Origin: Camelus ferus | Taxonomy: Eukaryota | Length of the DNA: 64,000 nucleotides | NCBI RefSeq assembly: GCF_009834535.1 | Contig: NC_045696.1 | Span: 122,018,001 to 122,082,000 of the forward strand | Reading direction: 5' to 3' | In this document: in pieces, positions 1-12,675 of the stretch | Numbering within the stretch: the stretch's first letter is position 1 | Layout: every line of letters begins with the position of its first letter | Translations under genes and position numbers: made by a program | Notes under the pieces: model-generated | Databases searched by the model: none | What the model was told of the DNA's origin: nothing | What the model saw: the letters and a program-made list of their open reading frames with translations, nothing else

Positions 1-1449
1 TAGCTGCAGTTGAAATGAGAATTTATTCAGCAGGAAGGACATCAGCCAGCTGGGGGGAGGCTTTCTGAGGCAGCAGGGAATGGCATGGAGTCTAGTGAGG
101 AGCGTGCAGGTTTACCTGCCTGGAGTGCGGAATCCAAGGCAGGAAATGAGGGGAGATGCTAACAGGACCATGGTAACTGCGACTCTGATTATTCACGTAA
201 CAGGCCACGATGACCGTGAGGCAGAGTATTTGGAATTTTGGTTGGTTGAGCAGTTGGGATATAACACAATAGGAAATAAATTAGCTGCTGGATGAACTGG
301 GTGATTGAGTCCTGGATTAAGGTAGTGATTGCAGGAATAAATAAGAGTAGAACAAGACATTACATGGAAGAAAAACTGGTCAAACTTGGCAAATGTTTAA
401 TGTGAAATTATCAAAATTTCTTGAGGGCTCACTCTCTGGGTTGAATTTGGACCACAGACGCTGTTGTTTTGGGAAGAGTCTGATTTTATAAAACTTTGAG
501 GAACTCAGTCTTTGAAGTTGAAAATGTCTAAAATTCTGAATCCAGATAGGAGGTTATAGGTTGGGGTTTGGGTCAAAGCCCGATTTTATCCTACTTGCAA
601 GCTAATACTTTTGTTGGGGGTTGGTTAAAACTTTGCACAGTCCTTCAGTAACCTGTGCCTAGTCATTTGGGAAGCTTTAGTCCAGATAGTTGGGAGGTAG
701 AAGTTTGGTGAATTTGGAGAGGAGGGGAGAAATTAGATGTAAAGATACATTATCAATTATATTTCTCCTTTACAGGTATATATTTACTCTCCTTAAGTTG
801 GAATTAGACACTTCAGGTCAAGAATATGCTTGATACCATTGATTATATGTGAATTGTAATTCCTGTTTCACAGACAAGGTGGAGGAAACTGTGATCTCTG
901 CATTGGAGGCAAGTGTATATGTATGATTTGTGGAGCAGAATTACCTTTTCATTCATCTCTTCTTGCATTGTTGATGGCAAAGGATACACACATACACATC
1001 TTTGAACTTTGAACTTTGGATTTAGTTTTCAAAAGAACACAGGTAGAATCTTATACTTGGGAATTGAGTGGGATATTTATACACTGCTTCTTTTCCTAAG
1101 AATTAAGTAGGTTAAGTTTGTAAAAATGGTGAAGAAACTGTAAAGTGCTTTGCAAATATTGTTAAAATCATGCTGTTTCCAGACCTAGTTTCTTTTGGAA
1201 TCCATCGGTTAGAAAATACGGATAAATAAATGTATTTTTAGAAGTTGAAATACTGGAACATCATTACCAAACATCATCTAATAGAATTGAAAAATTCCTA
1301 ATTCCTTCTCCAATATGATTTTATCACTTTTTAATATTCATCATTCAGTCTATTAAAATGCCTGTTATGAGTTTACATCATAGTATTTATAAAGTTTTGT
1401 ATCCTTCAAGAAATTAACCTGTATTAAAAATGTATATGCAGAGCAGAGC

Positions 1450-1630
1450 CCGCAGCACTTGTAGGAGGTGGAGAGGCGGTTCGGTTGTCACAGCTGGAGG
1501 GGTGCTCCCAGCACCCAGTGCCTAGAGGCCAGAGATGCTGGTAGACAGCTTACATGCTTAGGACAGCCCCCAGCAACAACGAATTATCTGCCCCAAAATG
1601 TTTGAGGTGCTGAGGTTGAGAAACCTTGCC
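1450..1630 (+). mobile_element. MER20 (hAT-Charlie MITE) fragment
   Basis: Reads ggttgtcacagctgg...gaggccagagatgctg...gaattatctgccccaaaatgt...gctgaggttgagaaacc. Confidence 0.8.
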
Positions 1631-2336
1631 CTAGCAGAGATTTGTCACTGTTGTCACTGTCTTCTTTGTCTTTTTTGCATTGTTGTTATTTCCCAGGGCT
1701 TGCTGTCTTAACTGATTACTCCAGTTGCGTAAGCTTCCCATATCCTTACCCTGTGAAGCCTCCCTCTTCCAGTTCTCAGGCACTGCAGTCAGAACAAGTG
1801 GCCTCTGCTTTCCAGGGTTGCCCGTGCTTCTCTTCATCTCTGAGCTTGTGTTTGGGAAGAATATCTGATTCTGTTAATTTATAGCAGTGATGGAATGATG
1901 GCCCATGGGGATTATCTCAAAACCAGACCAAGCCAGTTGCTTGTTAACCCAGAAGAGCCTGGATTAGAAGGGTTTTAGTTTCTGTGGAGGAAGATTTTTA
2001 AGGCACTTAAGCAGCAACTTACTCTGCAAATGTAGCTTCACAATTAGTTCTACTCAGCTTCAACTTTTCACAATTTATTTTCCTCAAACTTTTAACTCGG
2101 AAGTCCTAAAAAATCTTCATATCTTTCTCATAACTCCATCCCTCTCTCCCTTTATTTTCATCTGTAACATTTTTGGCAGAATTGTTTTATTTACACATCC
2201 AGATTTCCTGGAAAGAGACAGAGGCAGATGGTTTGAGGTGCAATATGGGAGAAAGGTGAGGTTATGAGGGTGGGTTTAGGATATACTGCAGGATGTGGGA
2301 TAGACAGATATCAACATTGGGGGAGTGACCAGAGCC

Positions 2337-2338
<2 letters not shown>

Positions 2339-2384
<46 letters not shown>

Positions 2385-2388
2385 TGTG
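2339..2388. repeat. (TG)n microsatellite
   Basis: About 22 perfect TG units. Confidence 0.98.
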
Positions 2389-3614
2389 TATGTTAGATGG
2401 TTGAAAGTTACAGTCCTTTATGTGGGTTGCTAATGTCTCTCCTTGTGTCTGCACTTACTTGAAATGGTGTACAGGAGTTTCAAATTAGTGTGGAAATCTA
2501 AATTATGTACATGTTTCCACTTTTGGATTTTTAAGTTATATTTCATAAGTGGATGTAATTTAATACATTCAGTATTAAATCAATGTTTTATGTCCTTTGT
2601 GATTGATTTAGTTTATAATTTATAGTTTATTATTTCACTTTGTGCCAGCTAACTGTATTAGTTTTAATTCTTAGAGACTAGCTTGTCTGAAAAAGTGGGT
2701 GGGTTGGAATATGCGTATAACTGTAGACACACTCTCCTATCTTGAACTTTCACTTGTAGCTCTTTGGTGTAGATATTTGTAGAAAATAATTTGACTAGTT
2801 TCTAATGAAGAAATAGATAATGTAGCTAGGTTTGAAGTCGCATTGTAGAAGTCGCTTCTCCAAGACTGCAGCAGTAAAGGCACTTAAGTATGTTGCTGAA
2901 ACATAAGACAAGACTGTTCCTTGAAATCTGCCTTTGTCCTACAAGAGAACAGCTTTGTTAATGGAATTTAGTTCTTTAAGATCAGAGTGAATACATAAAT
3001 GTTAGAAGCCTTGGTCAGCACAGTGTGATGCCTAAGACATGGTTGATGTCTCAAGTTCCTTAGGAAGAAAATACAATTTTATGTTGGGGAAAATGCTCTT
3101 GTTATCTGGTTTTTAAATTGCACAAGTGAAAAGGCTGTACAGAACACCTCAATTACAAGTGATTTTTCCTGAGGAATGGGAATGTGCCAGCCTTAGCTTA
3201 TTCTTACAGATCGTCTCATATATTGTAATTGAGTTTTCCTGTAAACACGAAGATCTGTGATGTCAAAAGATTTTTGCAGATTTTCTTCCTCTATTCATAA
3301 TATTGTCTGATCAACTTTCTTTCATAGAAAAGGAACATGATTCACTTTGTTTCTTATGTAATATTGCTCTCCCACACAAAGATGGCACTGAGCCACCGTC
3401 AGTGAGCTGTGCGGATGGTCTCTTCTCCTCTGATGTCAATGGCATGTTCATTCTATGTTTTTTGCCCTGTTACATTTAATTTAGATCAGAACAGAAGATC
3501 GTAGGCTTTAGATTTAGGAGTTAGGAAGGAAGCTTTTGTTTGCAGGCATTCCTGGGAAGCAAGATGCTGTCCCCTGATGGAACATGAGAAATAACCCTAA
3601 GGGCTGGCACTTAG

Positions 3615-3860
3615 GGCATACTTACTGTATGCCAGGTTTCTGGATGGAGTTGATACACCAAATGCCCAGGTTAGGGTGTATCAACTCACATTCCACAACA
3701 TCTCTGTAAGGCTCTGTTACTCTCATTTTATAAATGAGGGAACAGGATCAGGGAGGGTAAGCTATCCAAGTCAGAAAAGCCCTTTAGCTATTAACTGGGG
3801 AAGCCAGGATTTGAATGTGTTCAGTCTGGCTCCAGAATTCATGCTCTTAAAAACTTAACT
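3615..3860 (-). mobile_element. MIR SINE
   Basis: Reads cattttataaatgagggaacagg...gccaggatttgaat...tctggctccaga. Confidence 0.7.
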
Positions 3861-5989
3861 ACCTCTAAGAAACATATGCTTTAAAAAATATAATGAGTTT
3901 GTTAGATTCTGCCTCTGTAAGAAGGTTGGATCATTTTACAATCAGAGCATAATTGAGGCTCTTTGTGCTTAGAGTATTTGAGCCATTTGGCTTTTGGTCG
4001 GTCAAGTTCTTTGCAAGGTTTTTGGTTGTTTTCATTTTTGATGTTAGAAAGTGTTTGCAATTAAGAGAGGGTAAGCAGCTTACAGAAACATTTTATGCAC
4101 AATACCATTTCAGTTTTGCCAGAGATAAATTTATATATGTATTCATTTTTTAAAAGCTGAGGACAGGTAATAAATCTCTGGATGGTGAGATATGGGTTCT
4201 ATCTTTTACAAAAGTATCTATTAGAAAAGTAATCCCTTATGTAATTTTGTGATCAAGTACTCACAAAAGACATCAGGGGAAAAAAAACATTTTTTAATGG
4301 CAGTACCTTTAGTAAATACCAGTATCCTGGTGTCTTTCAAAAAAGTTACAGGAAATAAAATGCTTTTCTCAAATTATAAAAATGAATAGACCTGCTAAGC
4401 TCTCCAGTGGCAAGGAGGTCAAGTTCTGTTTTTTCTGCTTAGTGTCTGCTGGCCATTTTCCTCTTATTCCTGTGTGTGTGTAGGTCGGTGAGTTTTTGGT
4501 GTAGCTTTACTTCCCCCCTCCCCTGGTTTTTCTTTTAACTGTGAAAATTAGTTATCTGTTTTCTCCATATCACAGGTACAATCTAATTATTCTTCTGCCA
4601 GTTTTACACATAGGCATTTGCTTGATATACTATGTTTGTTTTTCCCTAAATTTTTATCTTAAAAACTTCTATATTTTCTAAAAGGTTGGTAATACATATA
4701 GTCCAATGAACATCTATATACTTTTTACCTAAGTTTACTAACGGTTATCTTTTGCCACATTTGTTTTCTCTCTCTTAATATATATTGTTTTTTTGTTTTG
4801 AACTCCTAATTTCATACCCTTAAATACCTCAGTTTGCTTCTTACAAGTTTAAGGGCATTGTCCTTACATAACCAAAAAGATTGTTTTCTCTTTTTAAGTG
4901 TGGGGATGTTCAAATTTCCCATGGAGCTTGTAGGTACTAGGCGCCATGTGAATTTATTTTATGCAGATTTCTGGTGATTACAACTAAGGACTGGAAAGTA
5001 AAATGCTGTTGGTCTGCTTTTTATGTATAGATAATGTCATAGTAGAGAAAAGAGACATTGACAAATAACTACCCTGCAGGATGGAGCATTTTATATAAGA
5101 ACAATGGCACAATAAGGCAATAGCCTAGAGGTTATCATAGCATTATGACCTCTTAGGATAAAGATATTAGTAAGGATGAGCCTGGCTCAAGAAGATGCTA
5201 AAGTAGAGGACAGACAAACAAACAAAACCCAGTACTAGTCCAAGTGGAAAGGTATCTGACACATAGATAAACTTCAGTTATCTAGAAAGTTTCCTCACTG
5301 GAACCTGTCATTTTCCTTTGATGTCAGATCACTACCGAGTTACTGTAGTCTCGGTTAACTGGATTTTGTCTTCATCACTGTCAGGAAACAGATCTGTTTT
5401 CTCCGTTGTTGAGGACTTTACATGATTAGGACAGCCTCAGTGAGTGTTATATGCTTTAGCAGAAGGGAGAAAAGGAGTTAAAGTTCAGCATCCTTTGAGT
5501 CTTTCCTGGTCTGTTCCCTGTGGTTCCTGTTGCCCTGCTTGGGTAATGTATCCGAGTGATAAAAGCAGCTCCAGGTCTGTATTCAGGGACTACAATAGAA
5601 TATTCATTTTTTTCATTGTTCATTGTTTTATTATTTTTACTCCTAGATTTGTAGGTTTGTTTCCCTGTTGAGTATTTTTTTATTCCCTATTAATTAAAAA
5701 AAATTACTTAGGCTGAATGGGTTAGAATTTTCTCTATAAAAACTTAATTGCTTTTTCTCAACTACTATGTCTTCCTATTAAAAAAATATTTTTTAAACAC
5801 TTAGCAGTTATCATTCCCTGCAAAAATTAGACCAAAGGGAAATGTAGAATGTCTTCATGGTTATCTGATTCTATCCAATAAAAGGTGTAAAATTGACTAT
5901 GTTATTGACATGAAACCTTATTTAAAAAACCCTTTTCATTTTGGGGTAAATTTGGACTCACAGAATGTTAGTGCTAGAAGGAAGTTTTG

Positions 5990-6315
5990 TACTCTTGGTT
6001 GGGTTACTTAACATCTCCGTGCCTCATCTTAAGATTAATTGTACTTGTCTTATATGGTTGATTTGAGGTTTAAATGAGATAGTATATTCATTGATTGATT
6101 AAGCCATAATTTACTGAATTCTTACCTGCTAGGCACTGTATGCTATTGTAAGCACATTAATTCATTTAATCCAGGTAACAACACTATTAGGTATAGATAC
6201 TGCCATTTCACTTATTTTACAGACAGGGAAAGTGAGGCACAAAGAGGGAGGTAACTTGTCCAAGATCACTCAGCTAGTAAGTGGCAGAGCTGGGGTTCTA
6301 ACCCATGCAGTTTAG
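5990..6315 (-). mobile_element. MIR SINE(s)
   Basis: MIR core ttttacagacagggaaagtgaggcac...cttgtccaagatcactcagctagtaagtggcagagctgg. Confidence 0.8.
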
Positions 6316-6764
6316 TTCTACTTATAAATAAAAGCTAGTGCTTGCTAAACTATTGAAATATGAAGTAAGACGTTGACCATGTACTTCCATTGTTATTGAA
6401 AAACTTAGTTGCAACAGCAGTATGACAGTTACAATGCTGTCCAGAAAGTCACGCAAAATGGTGCTGAAAGTTGCATGGGTAGTTGCAGAGACCGGTATCT
6501 GAAATGCGCTCATAGCATCAGTGGAAGATTTTTTTAAAACCTTATCTAGTGAATAGATCTATAATAATTTTATTTTTAACAAATTGCACTTTGCAAATGC
6601 TAGACCTATTAGACATTCTGATACTTCTTGGATGAGTATCATAGGATCACATTTCCTGATAATTGATGCATGGCTGTCTTATCAGCAAGGTATAGGCTGC
6701 TTTTTTTTAATAAATATAAATGAAAACAGATATTTCCATGGACCAGTAAGTGGATTCCTTAATT

Positions 6765-7320
6765 CTTATGGCAGACATTTACTGAGCCCCTATTTTCTTT
6801 CTTACTCTGTCCTAGGTAATGAGGGTACATCACAACAAATCTAAGTCCATGCTCTTATGGAACTTACATTCAGGTCGTGGAGGGATGTGTCAATAAATGA
6901 TAGTGTGAAGGAAGGCAAAGCAGGGCTAGAAGGAGTGTGATTGGGACATAGGCTTTCAGACAGGATAATGAGAGGCAGCTTGTGAAGAAATTGAGTAGAT
7001 GTCTGAATGAAGTGTGGCAGCCAGTGCTGCTCTGGGGGAGGACGGTCCAGGCAGAGGGACAGGCATTGAGGCTCATGTGGCTGCAGAGTAAGGGGACAGT
7101 GGCAGAAGGTAAGGTGAGACAGATACGGGAGTGGAGTGGGGGAAATGCAGCCTCCTGTAAGGATCGTGTCAGCCTTGTACGCCATGGCTAGGACTTCGAG
7201 CAGCTGGGAAACCTTTGGAAGGTTTTGAGCAGAAGACTGACATGATATGACTTCACTTCAACATTAGTCCTCTGGCTGTTGTGGGAAAAGGGGACTGCAG
7301 TTGGGCGAGAGCGGAGGCCA
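6765..7320 (-). mobile_element. L2 fragment
   Basis: Reads cagacatttactgagc...ggaaggttttgagcagaagactgacatgatatgactt. Confidence 0.75.
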
Positions 7321-8625
7321 GTTATTTGTCATGAGCTTTGACTGTCTAGAACCTTTAAAATCTTGCTTTGCTTGGTACATTTTCAGCCTTAAGAATTCCA
7401 TCTCCCTAATTTAGACTCCTCAGCCTTTCATTTGCAACTAGGACACAGACACGTACACTAGCCTTCTTAAGTAGCTCCTCTAATCAGGAGCATCGCTGGA
7501 GACCTGGCTTCTGGCTGAGCAGGCGTGTATGCTTGCTGAAGTCTTGCCAATGCTGTGCAATTTTCAGACAGCTGTGACAGGTTTCCCCCTGGTCATTTAA
7601 AGCTTGTGTTTGTGATACACAAGGGGCATTGGAGAGGCAGGGCTCTCCACTAGGGTTGATGTTTTTCACAAGATGTTTTGGGGGTAATTATGGGATATAC
7701 TCCTGCTTCTGGGGATACCTGGATAGTCTTGAGGAAGATAAAAGTGGGCAGGGTGCCAGTATTATTGTCAAGTAATACAGTAATACTTCAAGTAAAAGAA
7801 TATTGTTTGGGAAGTATGGGAATTGAATGAGATCATAATGGAGAATGCTTTATCGTTTATGGAAAAGTCTGTAGATTCTGGGCCAGGTTTCCTTTGTAGG
7901 ATTTGCACGTTGATTTGCAAGAAACACAAAACCTTGTATTCATATTTGTGTCTGGTGTTCCTTTGCTTGGCTCATGATGTCTCTTGGTTCGTGCTTGTTC
8001 TTATAGAAGCAATGATATTGCCAGCGTTTATTAGGGCACATATTTCCATAGGTTGATGGAACCTGGGAGAGTCTAGCCAGTAACAGGGGTCAGGAATAGG
8101 GTAGCCGATTAGGAACTGGAGTAGACAAGTAGGCATCTTGGAACTAGGGCATCAGGTCTGTATCAAAGGGGAGATAAGATACAAATACGAGTAGATCAGA
8201 GGCCAGGGTCTATTCAAACGTGGCTGAGGAGGGGAGTGAATATTTAAGTGCATCAGTGAGATTTGGTGTTAGAGCTGCATCGGTCCCTACTTTTTGAGCT
8301 TTTGACTGGTTGCTAAGGTATAGGAACAGATCTCAGTTAAGTAGGTGCAGACGCCACACGTGGGAGCAGGCAATTCTGTGGCATCTGACGGAGCCAAGTA
8401 GCACAGGAGCTGGAGACTGGCATGGGCTCCTGTAGGGGAAGCTGTGCCAGTTTCAATCACTAGCTGTGGAAATCAAATATATATATTTGGTGTATAAGAA
8501 GTACATTCTTCTGTATTATTTTGTTACATGTTTTTCCACATCTTCAAGGTAGATGTCAGTTTAGATTTTAAACTGGTTTAAAAGATCCCTATTATATGCT
8601 ATATTTAGATAATTTTTTTCTTTTC

Positions 8626-8660
<35 letters not shown>

Positions 8661-8821
8661 AGTCATAGCAAAAGTGTGAACCAGTAACTTACCTTGTTCA
8701 TGATGAGGGTAATAAAATTATTCTCTAAAGTTATGAAGATTGAAACCAAAGTTGTCTCCTTGGCACTGTCTTCTAATTGCTGTGTGACCTTGGGCTTGTT
8801 AGAGATCTCAATTTAATTGTC

Positions 8822-8951
8822 TTTTTTATTTTATTTTTATTTTATCTTATTTTATTTATTTATTTATTTATTAAATGGAGGTGCTGGGGATTGAACCCAG
8901 GACCCTGTGCATGCTGAGCACATGCTCTACAACCTGAGCTGTCCCCTCTCC
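8822..8951 (-). mobile_element. tRNA-derived SINE, camelid Vic-1-like (short form)
   Basis: Reverse-complement head ggaggtgctggggattgaacccaggacc...gctctacaacctgagct, preceded by a (TTTA)n tail. Confidence 0.85.
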
Positions 8952-9778
8952 TCCTGCTCTGTTGCTTCTTAAAGCAGTCTCTTGTCTCCAGGGCCCTGGC
9001 AGCTTGGCAGGGACAGGGTGGCATTTTGCAATGACCGAGACCAGGGTGCCCTGTACGCTGTGCTGGGCATGACAGTCAGACTGCCGGGCCTGTAGGGGCT
9101 GGCTGTGCCATGGGACTGGCCGCCTCACACCTGTGTCTGCAAAAATCAAGGTGTGCTGGGTACAACCTCTGGTCAGGATCCACATCTTGCAGCTTTCCTT
9201 CTGCTGCTCTGCTCCAAGGAGACCCTTTCCAGAGAGAGGGGATCCCCAGGCCCTCATTGTCCTGCCCCCTGTGACTCGCATGGCCACCCTGACCTGCAGC
9301 ACGGGTGGTGGGGAGGTTGCGTGTGGCTCCCTGAGGAGCTGGTGTCCAGGGCAGCCTTGCCCCAGGGACAGCTGAGGGAGAGCTGAATCTTTGCCCTAAA
9401 TATATGTGAATGTTTTACAACCAAGTAAGTTAGGGAATATTCCTTTAAATAGTAATCACTTATCATGAGATTGAAATGTTAAATACAGGAAAGTTCCCCT
9501 CACGTGTGGCTTTTCCTGAACACACACATAAAGCACAGCCTCGTCCATGTGTGTCCAGGCCTGAAGGTGCCCCTCGGTCACTGGCCCCAGGGCAGGGCGG
9601 GGCCGCCCTGTGGGATTGATCAGGCTGGTGGCGGGGACCCCTTTGAGGCTGGTGTCTCTTCTGGTCCAGCTGCCCTTTTAGGAGATAAGATTAACTGTCA
9701 AAAGCTTTTCCTTTACAAAAAAGACAATGTCAAGGATGCCTTGTATGAACAAAAAATAATTATGGAAACAAACTTCTA

Positions 9779-9997
9779 AATTAGGAGTTTGGGACTAACA
9801 GATGCACACGGATACATCTAAAATACATAACCAACAAGGGCCTACCATACAGCACAGGGGACTGTATTCAGTCTCTTGTAATAACCGATAATGGAAAAGA
9901 ATCTGGAAAAGAACAGAGATATACATGTATAACCGAGTCACTCTGCTATACACATGAAACTAATGCAACTTGTAAATCACTACCCTTTAGTTTTTAA
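9779..9997 (+). mobile_element. Short 5'-truncated L1 3' end
   Basis: Homologous to 61225-61410, with TSD aaacttcta at 9770-9778 and 9998-10006. Confidence 0.85.
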
Positions 9998-10370
9998 AAA
10001 CTTCTAGTTTTCAGATGATTGATTTTCTTCAGCAAATGTTTCCTTGCTGACTTTTCATTGTTCTGTCTGAAATAACTGAAGATGGGTTGGGTTCACCGGT
10101 GACTAACCTACAAATGGGTAACCTTGATGATAAAATAATCTTAGTATATCTCATTACAGTATAATGTAATGTAATATAGCACAATAATACAATAAAATAA
10201 CTATATTCTGTTCCACAGGAGGAAAATATAATCATGGACCCACAGGAGTTTGAAGCTGGAGGGGCAGAACTCATCTCTCATCAGCTGAAAGGAGTTGTCA
10301 GGGCAGCACCTGGACATTTGTTGGCTTCTGGAAGGAGTGTGATCCTGTGTTAGACACTTCAGAAAAGAGA

Positions 10371-10545
10371 GGGGAGGGGTATAGCTTAGTGGTAGAGCGG
10401 GTGCTTAGCACGCAGGAGGTCCTGGGTTCAGTCCGCAGCACCTCCAGTAAAATAAATAAATAAACCTAATTACCTCCCCACAAAAATAAATATAAATAAA
10501 TAAATAAATAAAGTAATGAAAAATACTTAAAAAAATTAAAACTTT
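10371..10545 (+). mobile_element. tRNA-derived SINE, camelid Vic-1-like
   Basis: The head ggggaggggtatagcttagtggtagagc...gtcctgggttcagtcc has A and B boxes, followed by taaacctaattacctcccc and an (AAAT)n tail. Confidence 0.88.
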
Positions 10546-10647
10546 GGAAAAGAAAAATCTGGGACCGATGAGATCCTTACCTGCCCAGACCCTTAAATTC
10601 TCGTTGTCTATCCCTGGACACAAGCACAGTCTTTCTGAGGTGTCTGG

Positions 10648-10747
10648 NNNNNNNNNNNNNNNNNNNNNNNNNNNNNNNNNNNNNNNNNNNNNNNNNNNNN
10701 NNNNNNNNNNNNNNNNNNNNNNNNNNNNNNNNNNNNNNNNNNNNNNN
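10648..10747. other. Assembly gap (100 N)
   Basis: Exactly 100 N, typical of a placeholder gap of unknown size. Confidence 0.99.
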
Positions 10748-12207
10748 AACTCAATGTGTTTACTTATTTTATTTCAAGTCAAGTTAGACATATTGAAGCA
10801 GTCTTTCCAAAGCAAATTTTCTAGCCTTAGAAATTTGGTTAAATGATACTATTTACAAATCATTTTTTAAAAAGTTTAGAACATTGATCAGAATATTTTA
10901 TTACATGAGAAATATTTAAAGAAATCAACCTATGCATTTGATTAGTCATTAAGTAGAAAACAAGTGTAGCTATGCTAGATTAATAGCACTGAACTGCAAA
11001 ATAAATAAAGCTCTAAAAATAAGCTAATTTGGCATGAGTTGATAATAACCCACTTCACTGATGAACATGAGTTTAAGACATATTTTAACTCTTTGCCCTC
11101 ATAAAAAAGACCAAATTGAACCAAATTAAAAATAAAGAATTCACCAAGGCAACTTTCCCTTTGGGAGTGATTTTAGGTAACTTTATTTTTCGCTCGGGTT
11201 TTTCTTATATCTACCTTTTACATCAGTAGTCTTAATGAGGAAATTCAGGGACAATGAGTTGTTCTGGGTCAGTTGTGGTCATTTAAAGTTTAGCTCATTC
11301 ACCCAGAATGACACCACTGAGTTCCTGTCATCATTACTGAAGTTACAGAAAATGAGTATTAAAAGTACGTGATTGACTTATTAGAATGTTGTGACATAAG
11401 ACAAGCACATAATTTTTTAAACTGAAATTTACTTTATGTTTCCCTGATTTCTATATTCCACTGATCAAATGGAATGAGTAATTTTACTTTTTCTTTGCAT
11501 GAAAATTTAATGAGGTGATATCACACAGTTTGGGTAAATTATGTCATTTAACTTGCACCTCATTTTAAGAGTTTCCAGTCATCAACATATTGTCAGAAGG
11601 AATTTTGTGAGTTGAGACAAAACGCTTGCAAAAAGACATCCTAACTTTGTGAAGGACAGCTAGAAAGATTAAACAGAGTTAGCTCTCAGGTGACAACCAG
11701 GCTGAGGAAGTTTGGTTATTGACAAAGAATTAGCGAAGGAAATTCCTTTCTCTCTTTTGATAACAGATGCAAGAATAATTAGAAACTGACCCAGACATGT
11801 TCATAGTAAACCTATTAAAAATATAACGGCAGCAGCCAGCAAAAAACTGTCACATTTATTCTTTCAATACATACAACATTCTTACAGCGGCCACGCATTT
11901 GCCAGCAATTTTCATTCCCTTTTCTGCTCAACCCCTGATTTAGGCCAGAAGAAATTATGAAGAGCTGGGGACAGGAGGTGGGAAATATACTTAATATATT
12001 TGAAACATATACAAATATGCTCAGATAGCTACAGCTCTCTTTTCTCTCTCCCTTTGACTCTCAGTCTAAGGAAACAGTCCCTCCTGGTGACAGGGAGACA
12101 GTATCAGCGAATCTAAACTTTGAGTGACTATTGTTCATTAGAGCTTCTCTAATCATTTTCAGCTAGTAAATTTATTTTTGTGCTAAAAATAAATCTTGAA
12201 ATTTCTG

Positions 12208-12675
12208 TGTACTTATTTCCTGTTGCTGCTATAATAAATTAGTATAACATTAGTAGTTTGAAATATTTATTATTTTATATTTCTGGAGATGAGGCATCTG
12301 AAATCCATCCTGCCGGGATCAAGTCAAGGTTTTAGGATGGCTCTCAGGGGAGACTTGTTTTAGTGCCTTTCTGGCATCTTGTGGGTACCCACATCCCTTG
12401 GCCAGTGGACTCTCCCTGCATCTTCAGAGAACATCACTCCAATCTCTGCCTGCCACCACATCACTTTCTGTGTCCCTGTCTCCTTCTGGGGCCCCCATAT
12501 ATGGATTCATGTGATTAAATCAAGCCCATCTGGATAATCTAGGATACTCCCCTCCTATCAAGAACCTTGTCTTAACTGTATCTACAAAGTTTCCTTTTCA
12601 TAAAAGATAACATTCATAGGTTCTTGGGATTAGGACATGCACATATTTCGGGGTGCCATTATTCAACCAACCATA
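12208..12675 (-). mobile_element. MaLR LTR (MLT1C/D-like)
   Basis: Reads tgtacttatttcctgttgctgctataataaatta...gccattattcaaccaaccata. Confidence 0.75.

Noticed and set aside
8871..9779. Cluster of overlapping ORFs in a GC-rich patch
   Set aside because: There is no recognisable protein similarity, the longest ORF runs into a SINE, and no splice-bounded exon could be supported.
10371..10445. tRNA gene (also 8875-8950, 18111-18185, 63445-63515)
   Set aside because: These are tRNA-like SINE heads with A-rich tails and TSDs, and the stems are degenerate.
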